A stretch of DNA of 64,000 nt from Eledone cirrhosa (lineage: Eukaryota): NCBI GenBank assembly GCA_964016885.1, contig OZ024755.1, positions 29,760,001 through 29,824,000 of the forward strand. The letters are read 5' to 3'. The position numbers and the translations under genes were made by a program. Of this stretch, positions 13,161 to 26,065 are shown piece after piece. Below the pieces are notes generated by a model. That model saw only the letters and a program-made list of their open reading frames with translations, searched no databases and was not told where the DNA came from. Position 1 is the stretch's first letter. Every line of letters starts with the position of its first letter.

Positions 13161-13377
13161 GCATTGCTTTATATCTGGAGATCTCTCTGCACTTGTTGTC
13201 ACATGGTACCATGGGCCCAGCACTATGTGTCAATAATTGTCACAGGTGTAGTGTTTGTACCAGAGTTTTCAAGTCGCTGACTGGACTAAAAAGTCACACT
13301 CGTTCAGCGCATCGGTAAGGGTTCTCCTACATGGATATAAAGTAGTGGCTGTACTCGAAAACGAGTTGGCAGCCACC
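13161..13377 (+). mobile_element. 3' part of non-autonomous RTE-derived element (family D)
   Basis: Encodes C2H2 [22 protein letters not shown], ends gcagccacc+(atgt)n; matches 36773 and 50889 copies. Confidence 0.8.
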
Positions 13378-13481
13378 ATGTATGTATGTATGTATGTATG
13401 TATGTATGTATGTATGTATGTATGTATGTATGTATGTATGTATGTATGTATGTATGTATGTATGTATGTATGTATGTATGT
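13378..13481. repeat. (ATGT)n microsatellite
   Basis: Pure tetranucleotide run. Confidence 0.95.
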
Positions 13482-13650
13482 GCGATGGATCGTTATATGT
13501 GTGTCACTTGAAAATCTTTGGTAATAACGATATTATATGTTCAGATATTTTAAGCAATGGTGAATGCACATACGCAGACTTTTACACACACAGATCCACT
13601 TGCAATGCACACATTCATACAGCATACACATATACATACATATATACACA

Positions 13651-13867
13651 CACATACACACAAGTTCCCTCCGTCCCACACACATACACACAAGCTCCCT
13701 CCATTCCACACACATATACACAAGCTCCCTCCGTCCCACACACATACACACAAGCTCCCTCCGTCCCACACACATACACACAAGCTCCCTCCGTCCCACA
13801 CACATACACACAAGCTCCCTCCGTCCCACACACATACACACAAGCTCCCTCCGTCCCACACACATAC
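13651..13867. repeat. Minisatellite, ~7 x 30 bp
   Basis: Unit caagctccctccgtcccacacacatacaca. Confidence 0.95.
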
Positions 13868-15253
13868 ATAGATACATACACATTTACATATATATATACA
13901 CACACACAAACACAGAGGTTTGTCCGCATGTGTGTGGAGTGAGGGTATAGGTGAGCAAAAATGTCTCAGCCAGTAGGTTTCCCATGTGGGGGTTTCAAAT
14001 GTTCATTCAACAGAGACCACTGTCCACTTTATCCAAACAAATAGTTAGTACTACTACACAGGAGAATTCTTGACAGCTCCATTTTGACATGAGAAGCTAC
14101 AACACAAGAACTTCTCTTTCTGTGACAGCAAGTCACCTGTGGCATGCAATTGCATAAAAATATATTTATAAAATAAGAATTATAAAATAATAGTTTGTAA
14201 ACAAATTTGAATTGTGCGGAAAAAGAATTGTGTGCATAATTGTAAATTATTTGCGCAAGATAGCTGCAGTTGTGATTTCTCCTGTACTAAAAAGATATTC
14301 AAACAAGTGATACGGACATATGACAAAATTCTTGCGATGGTATCCAGCCATTTTATATTTCAATAGGACAAACAACCAAAAAATATTCTATATAATATTT
14401 TATATTCGTGAAAGCATATATAAAGCGGGGATATAGGTGGGGGATTGGCAGATAGAATAGAGTAACAGATGAAATAGATTGCAGGGCATACTCTATGTCC
14501 ATGCGTTAAAATTTCAAATCTCACCAAAGTGAACTCCTCTCGAAGGTCGATAAGTAAAGTTCCACTCGAGGATAGTAGATTAGCATAATCTTTGATAAGT
14601 AAAGTTCCATTCTAGGACGGTAGATTAATATATTCTTTAGAGTGTCAGATGGAATATCTTTCAAAACATATTCCGGTCTTTGCCATCTGAGTTAGGATTC
14701 GACTTTAACTCTGCGAAAATAGATTCCATAGTCATTGGGTGATGCTAATACAAGCAGCATACGGGTGACGTGTTCTTCCTTCCTCGTTTTCACTAGTCTC
14801 AAAGTCCCCCTCCACACACACACACCTACATAAACATTGATACGTACACACACAAATAACCCCGCACACACACACATTATATATGCGTGCGTGTGCGTGT
14901 GTGTGCGTGTGCGTGTGTGTGTGTTACTTAGGTGCGTAACAACAGTTACAAGCAGATATTGAAGAGAGCTGGACCAGTTAATGTGAAATAGTTGGTCTTT
15001 TATAGTTGAAAATGGTGAGGTCAGGCTGTGATAGACAACATTCACGAATATAGCCTGCACCTCGTGAGATCCTTCAGAGGTTAGCTACAAGGGATGCAAG
15101 TTGATATCAACACATTTTCGGAGCCGTAACGGAAAACCCATCGGAGCCCACACCTGAGTTAGGTTTAATTTTGTTTATTGCCTCTAATATATAAGGAACG
15201 CTGCACACTAGGTAAGATATAGTATTTTGAGGTTAACATCACTGATACTAGGC

Positions 15254-15436
15254 AGAGCAACCATATCAGGATTGCTGCAAACAGAGCAGGATTGCTGCAA
15301 ACAGAGCAGGATTGCTGCAACCATATCAGGATTGCTGCAAACAGAGCAGGATTGCTGCAAACAGAGCAGGATTGCTGCAAACAGAGCAGGATTGCTGCAA
15401 ACAGAGCAGGATTGCTGCAAACAGAGCAGGATTGTT
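15254..15436. repeat. Minisatellite, ~9 x 20 bp
   Basis: Unit gattgctgcaaacagagcag with a variant gattgctgcaaccatatcag. Confidence 0.95.
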
Positions 15437-15668
15437 CCTACACTATTACATCTATGATTTTATCATTATGGAGAATGTTATTTTCATCAGTCAGAGGACA
15501 AATATACTAAACCTAATTGCCGCACGTTTAATCTTTATAAACCTGCCATCATTAAGGTACGTACGTGTTTATGCAGCTAGATGTCTGTATTTCTGTGAAG
15601 TTGTGTCGATAGCTAACTACTTTGACTAAAGGTGAAGAGACAGATAGAGGGAGAATGAGATGGATGGA

Positions 15669-15702
<34 letters not shown>

Positions 15703-15721
15703 TTATAGAGAGAGAGAGAGA

Positions 15722-16732
15722 TATTTCTTTATTTGCCACAGGGGCACAAAAGATGGGGACAAATACAAATACAAAGTGGGGAGTTTACATACGTATAAAA
15801 ATAGCGTATAAAAATAGAACTAATAAATAAATAACAAATAACAATTGAAATCCCCAATAGGGGGGAGGCGTTACACATAGGTTGTACACACCCCCCAAAA
15901 AATGTACAACCCTCATCTCCAGGAGTACGAAGAGCGAGCGCTCTTTCCTCTCTTCCTCTTTTTCCTCAACCTACAGGTTTATATAGAGAGAAGGCCCAAC
16001 CACTCGGGCCATTCTTGCCACATTCACCCACCTTTCGTAAAATTTGTTGGGGTGCAGCACCTCTCTCTCCACTCTGATTCTTCTTCTAAAGTGATATTTG
16101 AAGAAGCGAACCAGTTGTTCGCCGGAGAGAAAGGTGTCTGACCTTAGCCCTTTCAGCTTCGTCCACCATATAACCTCTTTCACCATAGCCATTACACAGA
16201 GAAAAACCGCCTCTCCTTCGTTTTTGAAGGAGGGTGGCGGTTTGATCGTAATAATGGACTCGGTGGTCAACCGGATTTGTCCCACCCGCGACAGTAGACG
16301 TTCTCCGTAGCTCCACAGGTTGGTAACGTCCGGGCAGTGTTCGAATGCGTGCGCGACGGTTTCCTCGTCTCGCACGCATCTCGGACAGATCTTTTTCGAG
16401 GGATCCTTGCCCGGGCGTCCGTGTCTGTAGAGCTTGTCTCGAACGGGTAAAGCTCCTCGATAGCACTGCCAGGCCAGGGACTTTTGGAAGTTGTCCATCG
16501 GTCCCGGGCGGAATGTCCTACCGAACAGACTGGCCAGTTCGTCTTCCTCTACGCTTAGAGTTTCCCCGAGAGTGTCGTCGCATTTGCTGCGCACCAACCC
16601 TCTATAGAATGACGAGGTGGAGTTTCCACTGATCGCCGGGTCCGCTTGCCAGAGGATTGTGAGCGCCTGAGCACATTCGATGTGCCAGTCGCCCATTTTC
16701 CTTGGTCTTTGCTTGACCCAGGACTGCAGCTC
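15722..16732 (-). mobile_element. 5'-truncated L1/Tx1-clade LINE 3' end
   Basis: ORF 15971-16696: LAWQCYRGALPVRDKL...CPRC...ETVAHAFEHCP (zf-RVT), then 3' UTR with aataaa running into (TC)n. Confidence 0.85.
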
Positions 16733-16957
16733 AGATAGATAGATAGACAGATAGATGAGTAGATAGAGACGCAGACAGACAGACAGACTGCAGACAGAAG
16801 TAGTCGCTATTTCCTTGCATATAAATATTCAGTGTGTTATTGTATTCTAAAGTTGTTAGTCTGTTAATCCTTCAATACACAATAATTAGTGTTCATTTTA
16901 CAGTTAATTGCAACCAATAACGTCTCTCACTGACCTGTTATATATTTATAGATTATG

Positions 16958-17146
16958 GGGCGGTGTTTTCGCAATATCATTAGAGGGTCAGACGCCATGC
17001 TTTGCAGCATAGAGTTACGGGTCTTTACGGCCCGATCTCAAATCCCACCGATGTTAACTTCACCTTTCCTTGCGGGGTCAATAAAATAAAGTACCAGTAA
17101 TGCACCGGGATAATTGCTGGACTTGTGCCAAAAGTGGAAACAATTA
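16958..17146 (+). mobile_element. Family-B SINE, diverged
   Basis: Alignable over full length to 5011 copy. Confidence 0.8.
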
Positions 17147-17251
17147 TATTTACTTTTATATTTCCGTGTTCGTTTCATATTTTTTTTAATTACCTTCCAT
17201 AGGATAGATATTTTCCTCAGTTCATTTGGTTTTCATCGTAGAGGGGAGGGG

Positions 17252-17512
17252 GTGTGTGTGCGTGTGCGTGTGCGTGTGCGTGTGCGTGTGCGTGTCTGTG
17301 TCTGTGTGTGTCTGTGTGTGTGTGTGTCTCTGTGTGTCTCTGTGTGTCTCTGTGTGTGTGTCTGTGTGTGTGTCTGTGTGTGTGTCTGTGTGTGTGTCTG
17401 TGTGTGTGTCTGTGTGTGTGTCTGTGTGTGTGTCTGTGTGTGTGTCTGTGTGTGTGTCTGTGTGTGTGTCTGTGTGTGTGTCTGTGTGTGTGTCTGTGTG
17501 TGTGTCTGTGTG
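17252..17512. repeat. (GT)-based compound microsatellite with 6- and 12-bp periods
   Basis: (gcgtgt)n then (tgtgtgtgtgtc)n. Confidence 0.95.
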
Positions 17513-18101
17513 CCTTTTGTTAGATATGCTTCTGCTGTTCATCGGGGCATAAGTAAATAATTGCAAGGAATCTAATGAATTTTCTTATTTCTATGTACGT
17601 TACATCCGAGTATACTGACGGCGCACGTAGACTTAGACGTAATAAATACTGATTCTAACCGCCTGGCTATGCTGCGTGTGATAAAATAACATATTTGCTG
17701 ATTGGAGTAATATCGTAGGCTTTTAAGATGTGGCAATATGACGCCGTATTTTGAGGATTTGCCATTCAGTAAAGCCGAACAGTCAAACATAAATCAGTAT
17801 CATTTTCCATTCGTTACATGCTCTTTTGTTGGATAATTCCTAACTGGAAACCATTAAAGCTTTGTCATTTACAATGTTTGATATACCGATTTTACGAGCC
17901 AACTTTAAATAGAATGAAACTGATTAATATACAGGTGTGTGCGTGTGTGCGTGTGTGTATGTATGTATATATATATATACAGTATATATATATCATTTAC
18001 CAACAGGAACGACCAGTTCTACCCAATGGTAGACCGCTTAACATAGATTAACCTAATATAACTGTGTACGATTGCCTCCTGTGTTTAGCTCGTTCATTTT
18101 C

Positions 18102-18134
<33 letters not shown>

Positions 18135-18137
<3 letters not shown>

Positions 18138-18372
18138 AAGATGGCATAGGACAGAACAAAGGAGAGGCACAAAACAAAGAAAATAATCCCCGATCACTGA
18201 TGAGGTCACAGATTGTGTGACGAGAGAACTTTGACAATATATGAACAACCGTCCGATTGTGGAACCAACCAACCTCAAATTTAATAAATTTCTTAAATTT
18301 ATAATAAATTTGAGTGACAGTTACTGGTGCGTGTGTTTCTTATTGGCAACATGACCCTCCCAAAGTATAACA
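18135..18372 (+). mobile_element. TA-flanked Penelope pLTR-like fragment with degenerate hammerhead
   Basis: ctgatgag-gtcaca-gattg-tgtgac-gaga (GAAA mutated) at 18197-18225, downstream aataaa, (TA)n both sides. Confidence 0.5.
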
Positions 18373-18448
<76 letters not shown>

Positions 18449-18591
18449 ACGTGTGTGTGCGTGTGTTTAGCCCGAGTTCAATCGGGGGTAACCACAGTAA
18501 GAAAGGTACTTAATACATAGCAGAGTATAAATATTTTATAGAGAAATGGCTCTCACAGGATTAGAAGTTTCATTCGGGAGAAATCATCAGG

Positions 18592-18710
<119 letters not shown>

Positions 18711-18826
18711 ATATTTATGTATGTATGTTTGTGTATTTGTGAAACGAAGCCGCTTTTCAAAGAAGCTCTATTATTGCGAACTGAAAAAGAGGAAAGCATT
18801 CCCAGAGAAGCCCACGGAAGACTATA

Positions 18827-18959
18827 TGGCAATACACTGTATACTAAATTAAAAGTATTTTGAAGACCTTACGCTATTGTTTTACAGTAGTGACATTGTC
18901 ACTACTGTAAAACAATAGGTCTTCAAAATGCTTTTAATTAAGCATACAGTGTATAGCCA
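18827..18959. repeat. ~130-bp near-perfect palindrome
   Basis: Arms tggcaatacactgtatactaaattaaaagtattttgaagacc...gtgaca / tgtcac...ggtcttcaaaatgcttttaattaagcatacagtgtatagcca; right arm matches 46495-46545. Confidence 0.9.
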
Positions 18960-19008
18960 AATACACTGTATATACATTGCTATTTCAGAGCACCAATTCT
19001 AATTTTTT

Positions 19009-19069
<61 letters not shown>

Positions 19070-19156
19070 GGAAAATTTGAACAGGAACAAAACAGAGAGG
19101 CAGTACAACGAATGTTTATTAATTTCAGGCTCTGGAGAGTGGGGTGGTGGTGGGGA

Positions 19157-19188
19157 ACGACGTTTCGGGCACAAGCCCTTCCTCAGGT
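19157..19188 (-). ncRNA. Minimal type-I hammerhead ribozyme motif within a pLTR-like fragment (19067-19240)
   Basis: Minus strand: ac-CTGAGGA-a-GGGC-ttgt-GCCC-GAAAC-GTC-gt, followed by aataaa. Confidence 0.65.
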
Positions 19189-19351
19189 GAAAAGTGTGTG
19201 GGAAGAGAGTTCAAAGGGTGTGTAGGGAGTGGTGGAGAGACATATATACCATGTCTCAAACGTGACTTGTACCGTAAAATGTTACAGCTTTAAACTCGTA
19301 ACATTCATGGTTTATGATAGCTATAAAAATTATGCTCTATTTACAAAAATA

Positions 19352-19534
19352 CTGTGAAATTCCGTTATAATTCACTGTGTATAAAAAAAAATTCGTTGTA
19401 ACGAAAAATTATTTATAACGAGATCGACCGTAACAAATCGAGCGTTTGTTTGTTATTACCTCGAGAATAAAAAAAAAAATACTTTATACTGAAAAATTCG
19501 TTATAATGGTATTCGTTATTACGGAATTTTACTT
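19352..19534. mobile_element. TcMar (Tigger-like) MITE
   Basis: ctgtgaaattccgttataa ... ttattacggaattttact with internal ttcgttataacg-like repeats. Confidence 0.55.
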
Positions 19535-19852
19535 TTATTACAATATTACTTACACAATATTCGCAGATTTGCATATAACCATCGTGTTTATCACAATACT
19601 CACAGTATTTGAAGAATTCCTTGTGTTATGTCATTAAAGCGTATTTCTCGTAATGCTTAAAAAGACAGGAAACCATTCTTATTTGAATTCTCTCGGTCAC
19701 TTACGATGTCTTTATTTGCCAGTCAAGATTTATAATAAAAACCTGATCGTTCCACTTACGTTGGTACTGCTGCCTACTATCACTCGCTCACATTCTATTT
19801 GTCGTTTGACAGCCTCTTATTCCCATACAATTTTCATAGTGTAACGGTGAAT

Positions 19853-19959
19853 GGTATAGTATGGTCCCATAAGTCCTAATGGAGTCGTAGAAGCACCATA
19901 TTGACATACGGCGTTTCTTGGACACCTTAAGCCTGGCGGAACCCATCTCCCTCTCCAAG
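19853..19959 (-). mobile_element. Very short retroposed 3' fragment with TSD
   Basis: 12-bp direct repeat gtaacggtgaat at 19841-19852 and 19960-19971; ccatactatacc tail-like end. Confidence 0.6.
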
Positions 19960-22536
19960 GTAACGGTGAATATAAACACCTAACTCCTTAATATGTATAG
20001 ATTAGAAACTTTAAATTATATTTGTAATTTTATAATTCTAAGTTTATAATAATATATAGATATTTATGTGTGTGCGTTTGTATACATACAAGTGTGTGTG
20101 TGTTTGTGTGTTCTTGTGTGTGTATGTGTGTTATGTTCTGTTATCGAATCCTGCCTAGGACTATTGTAATTATAAGCTTTCTGAAATATATAAGAAGTGT
20201 TATAGATTTAAATGGTTATATTCTAAAGGAATGATAGTGTTCCAGCATGACCAATATCCAGAGGCAGAATACAGTAAAGAAAAGTAAAAGAGGGTATAGG
20301 ATTTGTGTGATAAGGTATTCTATGCGTGTAAATTTTAAACAGAAAATCCTCTTTTTTTTATTTTTTAAGAAAACAAATTGAGGAAGATTGAACACTATTT
20401 CTTTCTTGTTGATTTACATTGTTACTTTTACTATTGCATATGATGTTGATATTATTGTTCTTGATATATTTTACTGCTGTCATTGCTGTTTATGTAAACG
20501 TCGAGTGTGAATTGTTAATTCTGTTGAAACTCGTTAAAAGAAATCTTTTAAAGTAGGCATGAAACTGGTGAGATTTGTTCACGCCTTCGAGGATGAGTCG
20601 TTAATTTGTATAGCAAATGGCAAATCAAACGAATGTATTTTAAGGTGGACCGAAAGGAAAGCGAGAGGGAAGAAGATTATAATAAAGTTTGCAGTTATAT
20701 TTTACATTTTTATTTAAGTTTTGTATTATAAATTTTGTGAAGATTGTTTTTTTTTTTGTTTTTTTTTTCACTTCTGTCGTTTTACTTTCTCTTCGTTCGT
20801 TCCTGCCCGTGTCATTGATTTGGTTTCCTACTGGGTAGAAAAATACGCTGAGTGCCAACATGATGGAACTGTACAGAAATTAAAGTTAGAAGAAAATTGA
20901 GGAAGATATTTTTTCTATGGAATTCAGGAAAATATAAATTAAAAATCATTTGGAGACAAATCGAAAAAGAAATTTGAGAAGAGTGAAGTGCGCAGGCTGG
21001 TGTAGCATATGATAGACTGAGAATAATTAAAAAGCCGGTATATGGAAGAAAAACTGTTGTAATTTTGTTATTTTTTAGCTTTGTGCTTTTTATGGTTTTT
21101 GCTTTTAGTGCATGTGCTTTTCTTATCAGATGACTAATCAGAACTGGTGGAACAATTTTATCCTTTGTAATTTATTTTTCTCTATAAATTTATAAGAATT
21201 TGGTTCAGGGGTTTCGGGTTCCTATACTATATACAATCTCGTTTTCTTTGTTTGATTTCTCTTTAGCCGAAACCCTGTTTTTCCCAATCAAAGTGGGAGA
21301 CACACCATCTTAAATAAAAACTTTAGAGAGAATTCGCAAGCATTTATAGTAAGGAAGGCTATACATATCTCTAAAACATACAGCGTAGTTAATTCAACAA
21401 AGTCAATAATATCAGTGAAGCGTTCGTAAATTGGCGAGCAGCCATTCATATTTTGGTCGATTGTAGACAACCTCAGTTCTTATCTGATGCTTAATTTATT
21501 TTCTGCTGAAAGCTGAAAACTAACCTCGTTTTCATCAAGTTTCCATCACTGATTTTAATTGGGATGATAATGAACAGTGCCAACTAGCCTAGCGCTGGAA
21601 TCTACAACAATACGTTGATTGACAAAATATACATTTTTCAGTTTACCTAACATCTCAAACAATCTGATGCAGGAAGAAGATTTAGACTGCTCTGTAAAAT
21701 AGAAATTTGTGTTACACTTCGATTTTGTACAAAGATATTAGCAGCGTAATCATAGATATTGACAACAAACAAGAATTGTAGACATATCGTGAAGAGGCTC
21801 GTTGAAATTATACTTCTGTCACAAACTAACTCACCAACCACCCCGCATCATAATAGAATTGTCATAATATTGGTATCTTTTCACAACGAGCAATGTCAGA
21901 TTTTTTTTCTTCTTCGAATTGAAATGCAAGGAATGTGGTTGACAAAATGTATTCAATACTTCTATATTAATAAAACATTTTCTTCACTCCTGAGAGCTTA
22001 ATGTCAATCGAAATGTAATTTAGACTAAAAAAATATTTCTACCTAAGCAAATGATTAACTGTCCTCCTAAGTTCAGGTTGTATTGAACCAGACAATCGGA
22101 TTCCATCATACACATGCCGCCATATTTCAATGAATCTATCCAATGGCCGAATGTTTAAGAGCATTCTTCAGGTTTTCGATTTGATCCACTTGTGTGGAAA
22201 CTTGAGCACGTCTCGTTTACTATAGTCTCCATTCAGTCGTTTTTAGCCACAGTGTAACTCTAACATTATCAGGTATATATTTAAATGTGCTGAGGATTTC
22301 AGTGGCTCGTCGATATTTAACACGTTGTCAATAGAAATTAAATCAACATTAAGACTACCTTATTCCCTTGATATGACATATTTATGTTACCAATCAATTT
22401 GTGTTATATATTCCCAGTATTCTCTACATTGATATTGATTTCCTTTAATGACCCTCGATAGAATTACAGTGAACTCTTCAAATATGAATGAATAATAAAT
22501 TACGTCAACCCGAGAATATTAAAAGTAATATACTCG

Positions 22537-22619
22537 TATTGGGTCGTCAAGTATGAAACTTGTAGGGATTTGAGAAAAGAAAACAAATGTCTACAAATTT
22601 CATACTTGATGACCTAATA
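22537..22619. mobile_element. ~83-bp mariner-type (MADE-like) MITE
   Basis: ~29-bp TIRs tattgggtcgtcaagtatgaaacttgtag / ctacaaatttcatacttgatgacctaata; TA ends. Confidence 0.8.
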
Positions 22620-22916
22620 CATCAGTCATATTTAGGACACCTCACCAGTGCAGTGATTCCTTGCTAGATCATTCACCTCATTTAGTCTTTTAATGTACCT
22701 GGCTACTAATGTTTCGTGCTACTTATATCTCGTTACAATATTGTCACAACGAGGTGGTTCAACTAGTAACTATTTCATGAATTCTCTGCCTTATAATTGA
22801 TATCAATAGAAAATAATTAGATTGTGTGTTATCTCTTTAATAATTTATATTATATTAGATTTGTATACAACTGAGAACAAGTAATTTATTACATTGATGT
22901 TATCAAATACCGATTG

Positions 22917-23408
22917 CAGACCTGCCAACCTGTAAAAATACAAACGGGGAGTACCATGAAAAAGGGTGCCCTACAATGGGGAGAAATGAGGCAAAATGGG
23001 GAAATGTACATAATTGTTTCTACTTTAGGCACAAGGCCAGCAACTACCCAGTACATTACTGGTACTTTATTTTATCGACCCCGTAAGGATGAAAGGCAAA
23101 GTTAACCTCGGCGGGATTGTACATAATGAAAGCTATATATATTTCCACAAGAGATGATATCTTTCACCCACCCCAAAGTGGGTGAGAGATCTCCCCGTCG
23201 GACGGGGAGTGTTGACAGGTCTGAGATTGTATTTTCAAGCACTTTATTGCGAGGGAATACAAATTGTTTCCTTGGTCTGTTGAAAAACCATACAGCAAAA
23301 TCTACTCTGTCTTTCAGATTTATAAAAGCACTCATTTTCTTTCATGTGTATCCCAAATTTTCTTGAATAAGTTAACTCATACACAAGATAAAGCATTCGT
23401 GTGAACTG
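22917..23408 (+). mobile_element. MITE family C interrupted by a truncated family-B SINE (23015-23117, minus)
   Basis: cagacctgccaac...gttgacaggtctg; SINE flanked by 10-bp TSD tgtacataat (23005-23014, 23118-23127). Confidence 0.85.
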
Positions 23409-24440
23409 TTTATATGCTGTACATTGCGCCATTTGAGAGCTGAATTCTGTTGCAAACATCTTAAGAATTATTGTTTATATTACGCAGTATTTTGGGAATT
23501 AGTTTTAATGAACTCCTTTAAATATGGAAATATCAACTAATTGAAATTTCTTGCTTGAGCTATATCAATCAGATTAGTTATTAATCGCTTTATTTGGGGT
23601 CTTTTGTTGAGCTACTAAGCAATAATTACATTCGTACTATACCGCGACGAATTGACTGTATAGGATGTTCAATTTAGTCAACTGATATAGATTGTTATGT
23701 TTATCTCTAATAATATATAATCTATATTGTAAATGTTCGAGCGTTCTTTTCATGAATTAATTTCGAAAGAAAACCGTAAGTAGTATATAAAATAAATAGG
23801 ACTAAATTAAAATTTTCGCTGAATAAAGCCAACTGTTGATTCTACTCGTAAGAATGATTTAATATTACTAAAAATATAAAAGGATTAGGGTCCATCGCGT
23901 ATTTCGGATTATATGAGTATCAGATTTAATAAGCATTGCTTAATTTGATTGCAGATAAGAATATATGTACAAACTTGTTAAACTCTGGCAAAAATATGTT
24001 TCATTACACCGTGAATGAATTTAATGTTTTATTTGCATGGCAGATGCGTCCATTTCATTTGAAAATATTATCAGCTTGACAGATAGTGAAACCTATAAAG
24101 CGGTAAAGTTTTATATTTCGCATCTATCAATTCATAGGACTCATACTACAAGGGGTTATGTCAGAGGAATCGGAGATAAGAAGCTACTAGAAATAAGTTT
24201 CTTTTTTATGTAGAATGCCGTTCGAAGCTAATTTAAAATCATGTTTTTGGGAGCTGCTTAAACGTCACAGCATTTCTTTTCTCTGATTCTCTATATCTAT
24301 TACTACCTCTCTCTTCATACTTACCCCCTCAAACTCTCTCTCTCTCTCCTGAATTCAATACTAGTGATTAACTCTTGTCACAAAAGACAAGTAACTTCCT
24401 TTTACCCTACTTGTGCATGACCTTTAAATATTATTTTACA

Positions 24441-24559
24441 CTGAATTCAAATCCCGCCGCGGTTGACTTTGCCTTTCATCCTTACGGGGTCGATAAAATA
24501 AAGTACCAGTAATGTACTGGGTAATTGCTGGCCTTGTGCCAAAAGGAGAAACAATTATT
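24441..24559 (+). mobile_element. 5'-truncated family-B SINE
   Basis: B-box to tail matches consensus. Confidence 0.85.
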
Positions 24560-25011
24560 TTACATTGAATAATGCGGGATAGGAATTCGTTTTTTTTTAT
24601 GGAGGGAGCGGTATTTCTTTGTTTTGTTTTTTTTTTTGTTTTTCGTGAAAGCATACGGGTATACAGGAATATGTGTGTATTTCCTTATAGATTAATGTTA
24701 ATCTTAAAGCAATATTTATGTAATGTTTCGGTGAAGTAAAAGGAAATGTGACCATGGCCTTCGCGGTTCACCTGAGACATATCAGATTGATGAGGTTGCT
24801 GTTCACCTTGAGCAACTTGCAAGTCGACATCTGCGGGGCGAAACGAAGGCGGGGGTGGAAACAGGAAGATGACATTCTTTGGAAGTAGGAATGAACGATA
24901 TGGTTAGCATGGCATTTGATAGACGAGACAAATTATCAGTGCTGATATGAGAGACAATGCTCGGGTGGAATCGGTATGCGACGAGCTAAATCGGAGGAGG
25001 AGGGGTTGTTT

Positions 25012-25095
25012 CATTGGGACGTCAAGTATGCAATTTGTAAAGATTTGTTGAAAAAAAAATGAATTTCTACAAATTTCATATTTGACGATCCAATA
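25012..25095. mobile_element. Second copy of ~83-bp mariner-type MITE
   Basis: Matches 22537-22619. Confidence 0.75.
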
Positions 25096-25932
25096 GTATC
25101 GGTAGAATGCGGTATTGAGATAACGGTTGCATTGTGTTTGTGAGAAAGCTTCTACTAATAAACTGAGTGGCTTTTGTAAAGGAACTTTCCGTGATGATTT
25201 TGTGCGTTGTTATGTCGCTGTCCCCGATACAGAAGCCATATTCTAATGTGCTGCATTTCACTTGATTTTGTAGAGTCATCAATAATTTACAGGAGAAATA
25301 TTTACTACCTATGAATAGGAAAACTGGCCTTTGGGTAAACAATTGTTATAATATGAAGGTGAAATCATCGGGAGAAATCATCGGGAGATATCATCAGACA
25401 TTGTGTGGTCTAACATTCGTAGAGAGGTTGGTGGCTTTGATTATGTGCTATCCAAGACTATAAAGAGTTGGGTACAAGTTTGTTCCCTTAATATGTGATG
25501 TCGTCATGACTATGCTCTTGAAGGAAACCATAATATCATGTCCCAACTCGAGTGTATTGGTGGGGTCTCTGATCATAAAATGTTGTACATATTTGGCACG
25601 AGGTATCAAAGTTGCATGAGAATGGTGACTGTGGTCTGAAGGTCGGGACGGGGGTGAATTGTTTTGTAATTTATAAAGGCGTGTGTATTGATTGACGTTA
25701 CAGAGAATATGTGCTAGAGAGTAGAGTGTGGCTGACAAAAGCAATTTTGGGACAGACGAGATTGGAGAGAATCTGAAGTAAATGGACACCAATCAGCACG
25801 CGTTGCTGATCTGATGGAAAGTTTCCAACCCAAAGACTGACGTTTAGATGCATCCCATCCGCGAAAGGCTTAACTAGAATAGAACATGAAAAATCATTTT
25901 GCCAATAAGAGGTACAGTTTTTCGGTCAACTA

Positions 25933-26065
25933 TCTTCTTCGTTTTTCTACTTCTTCGTCCACTGATTCCTGAGAAGGTGGTGAGGGTAGAGTCCTCAAAC
26001 ACTCCTTCCAGCGGGTCCTGTCAAAAGCAACCGTCTCCAATTGATCTGGCTGGATCCCCAACCGT
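25933..26065 (-). mobile_element. RTE-like LINE 3' end
   Basis: Minus frame LGIQPDQLETVAFDRTRWKECL then gaagaag-type tail. Confidence 0.55.

Noticed and set aside
5759-15436. CRISPR-like appearance of the 107-, 30- and 20-bp tandem repeats
   Set aside because: No unique spacers, no cas genes, eukaryotic context
21241-21470. Polypyrimidine tract plus AG at 21266 and short ORFs (possible host exon)
   Set aside because: No recognisable protein, no donor or partner exon; needs RNA-seq
20400-22500. Search by eye for conserved bilaterian microRNAs in unique sequence
   Set aside because: No mature miRNA sequence recognised; lineage-specific ones cannot be excluded without small-RNA data
22537-25095. 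Idea of a ~2.5-kb tandem duplication (MITE pair and 300-bp pair have similar spacing)
   Set aside because: Flanks of the two MITE copies do not match; spacing appears coincidental
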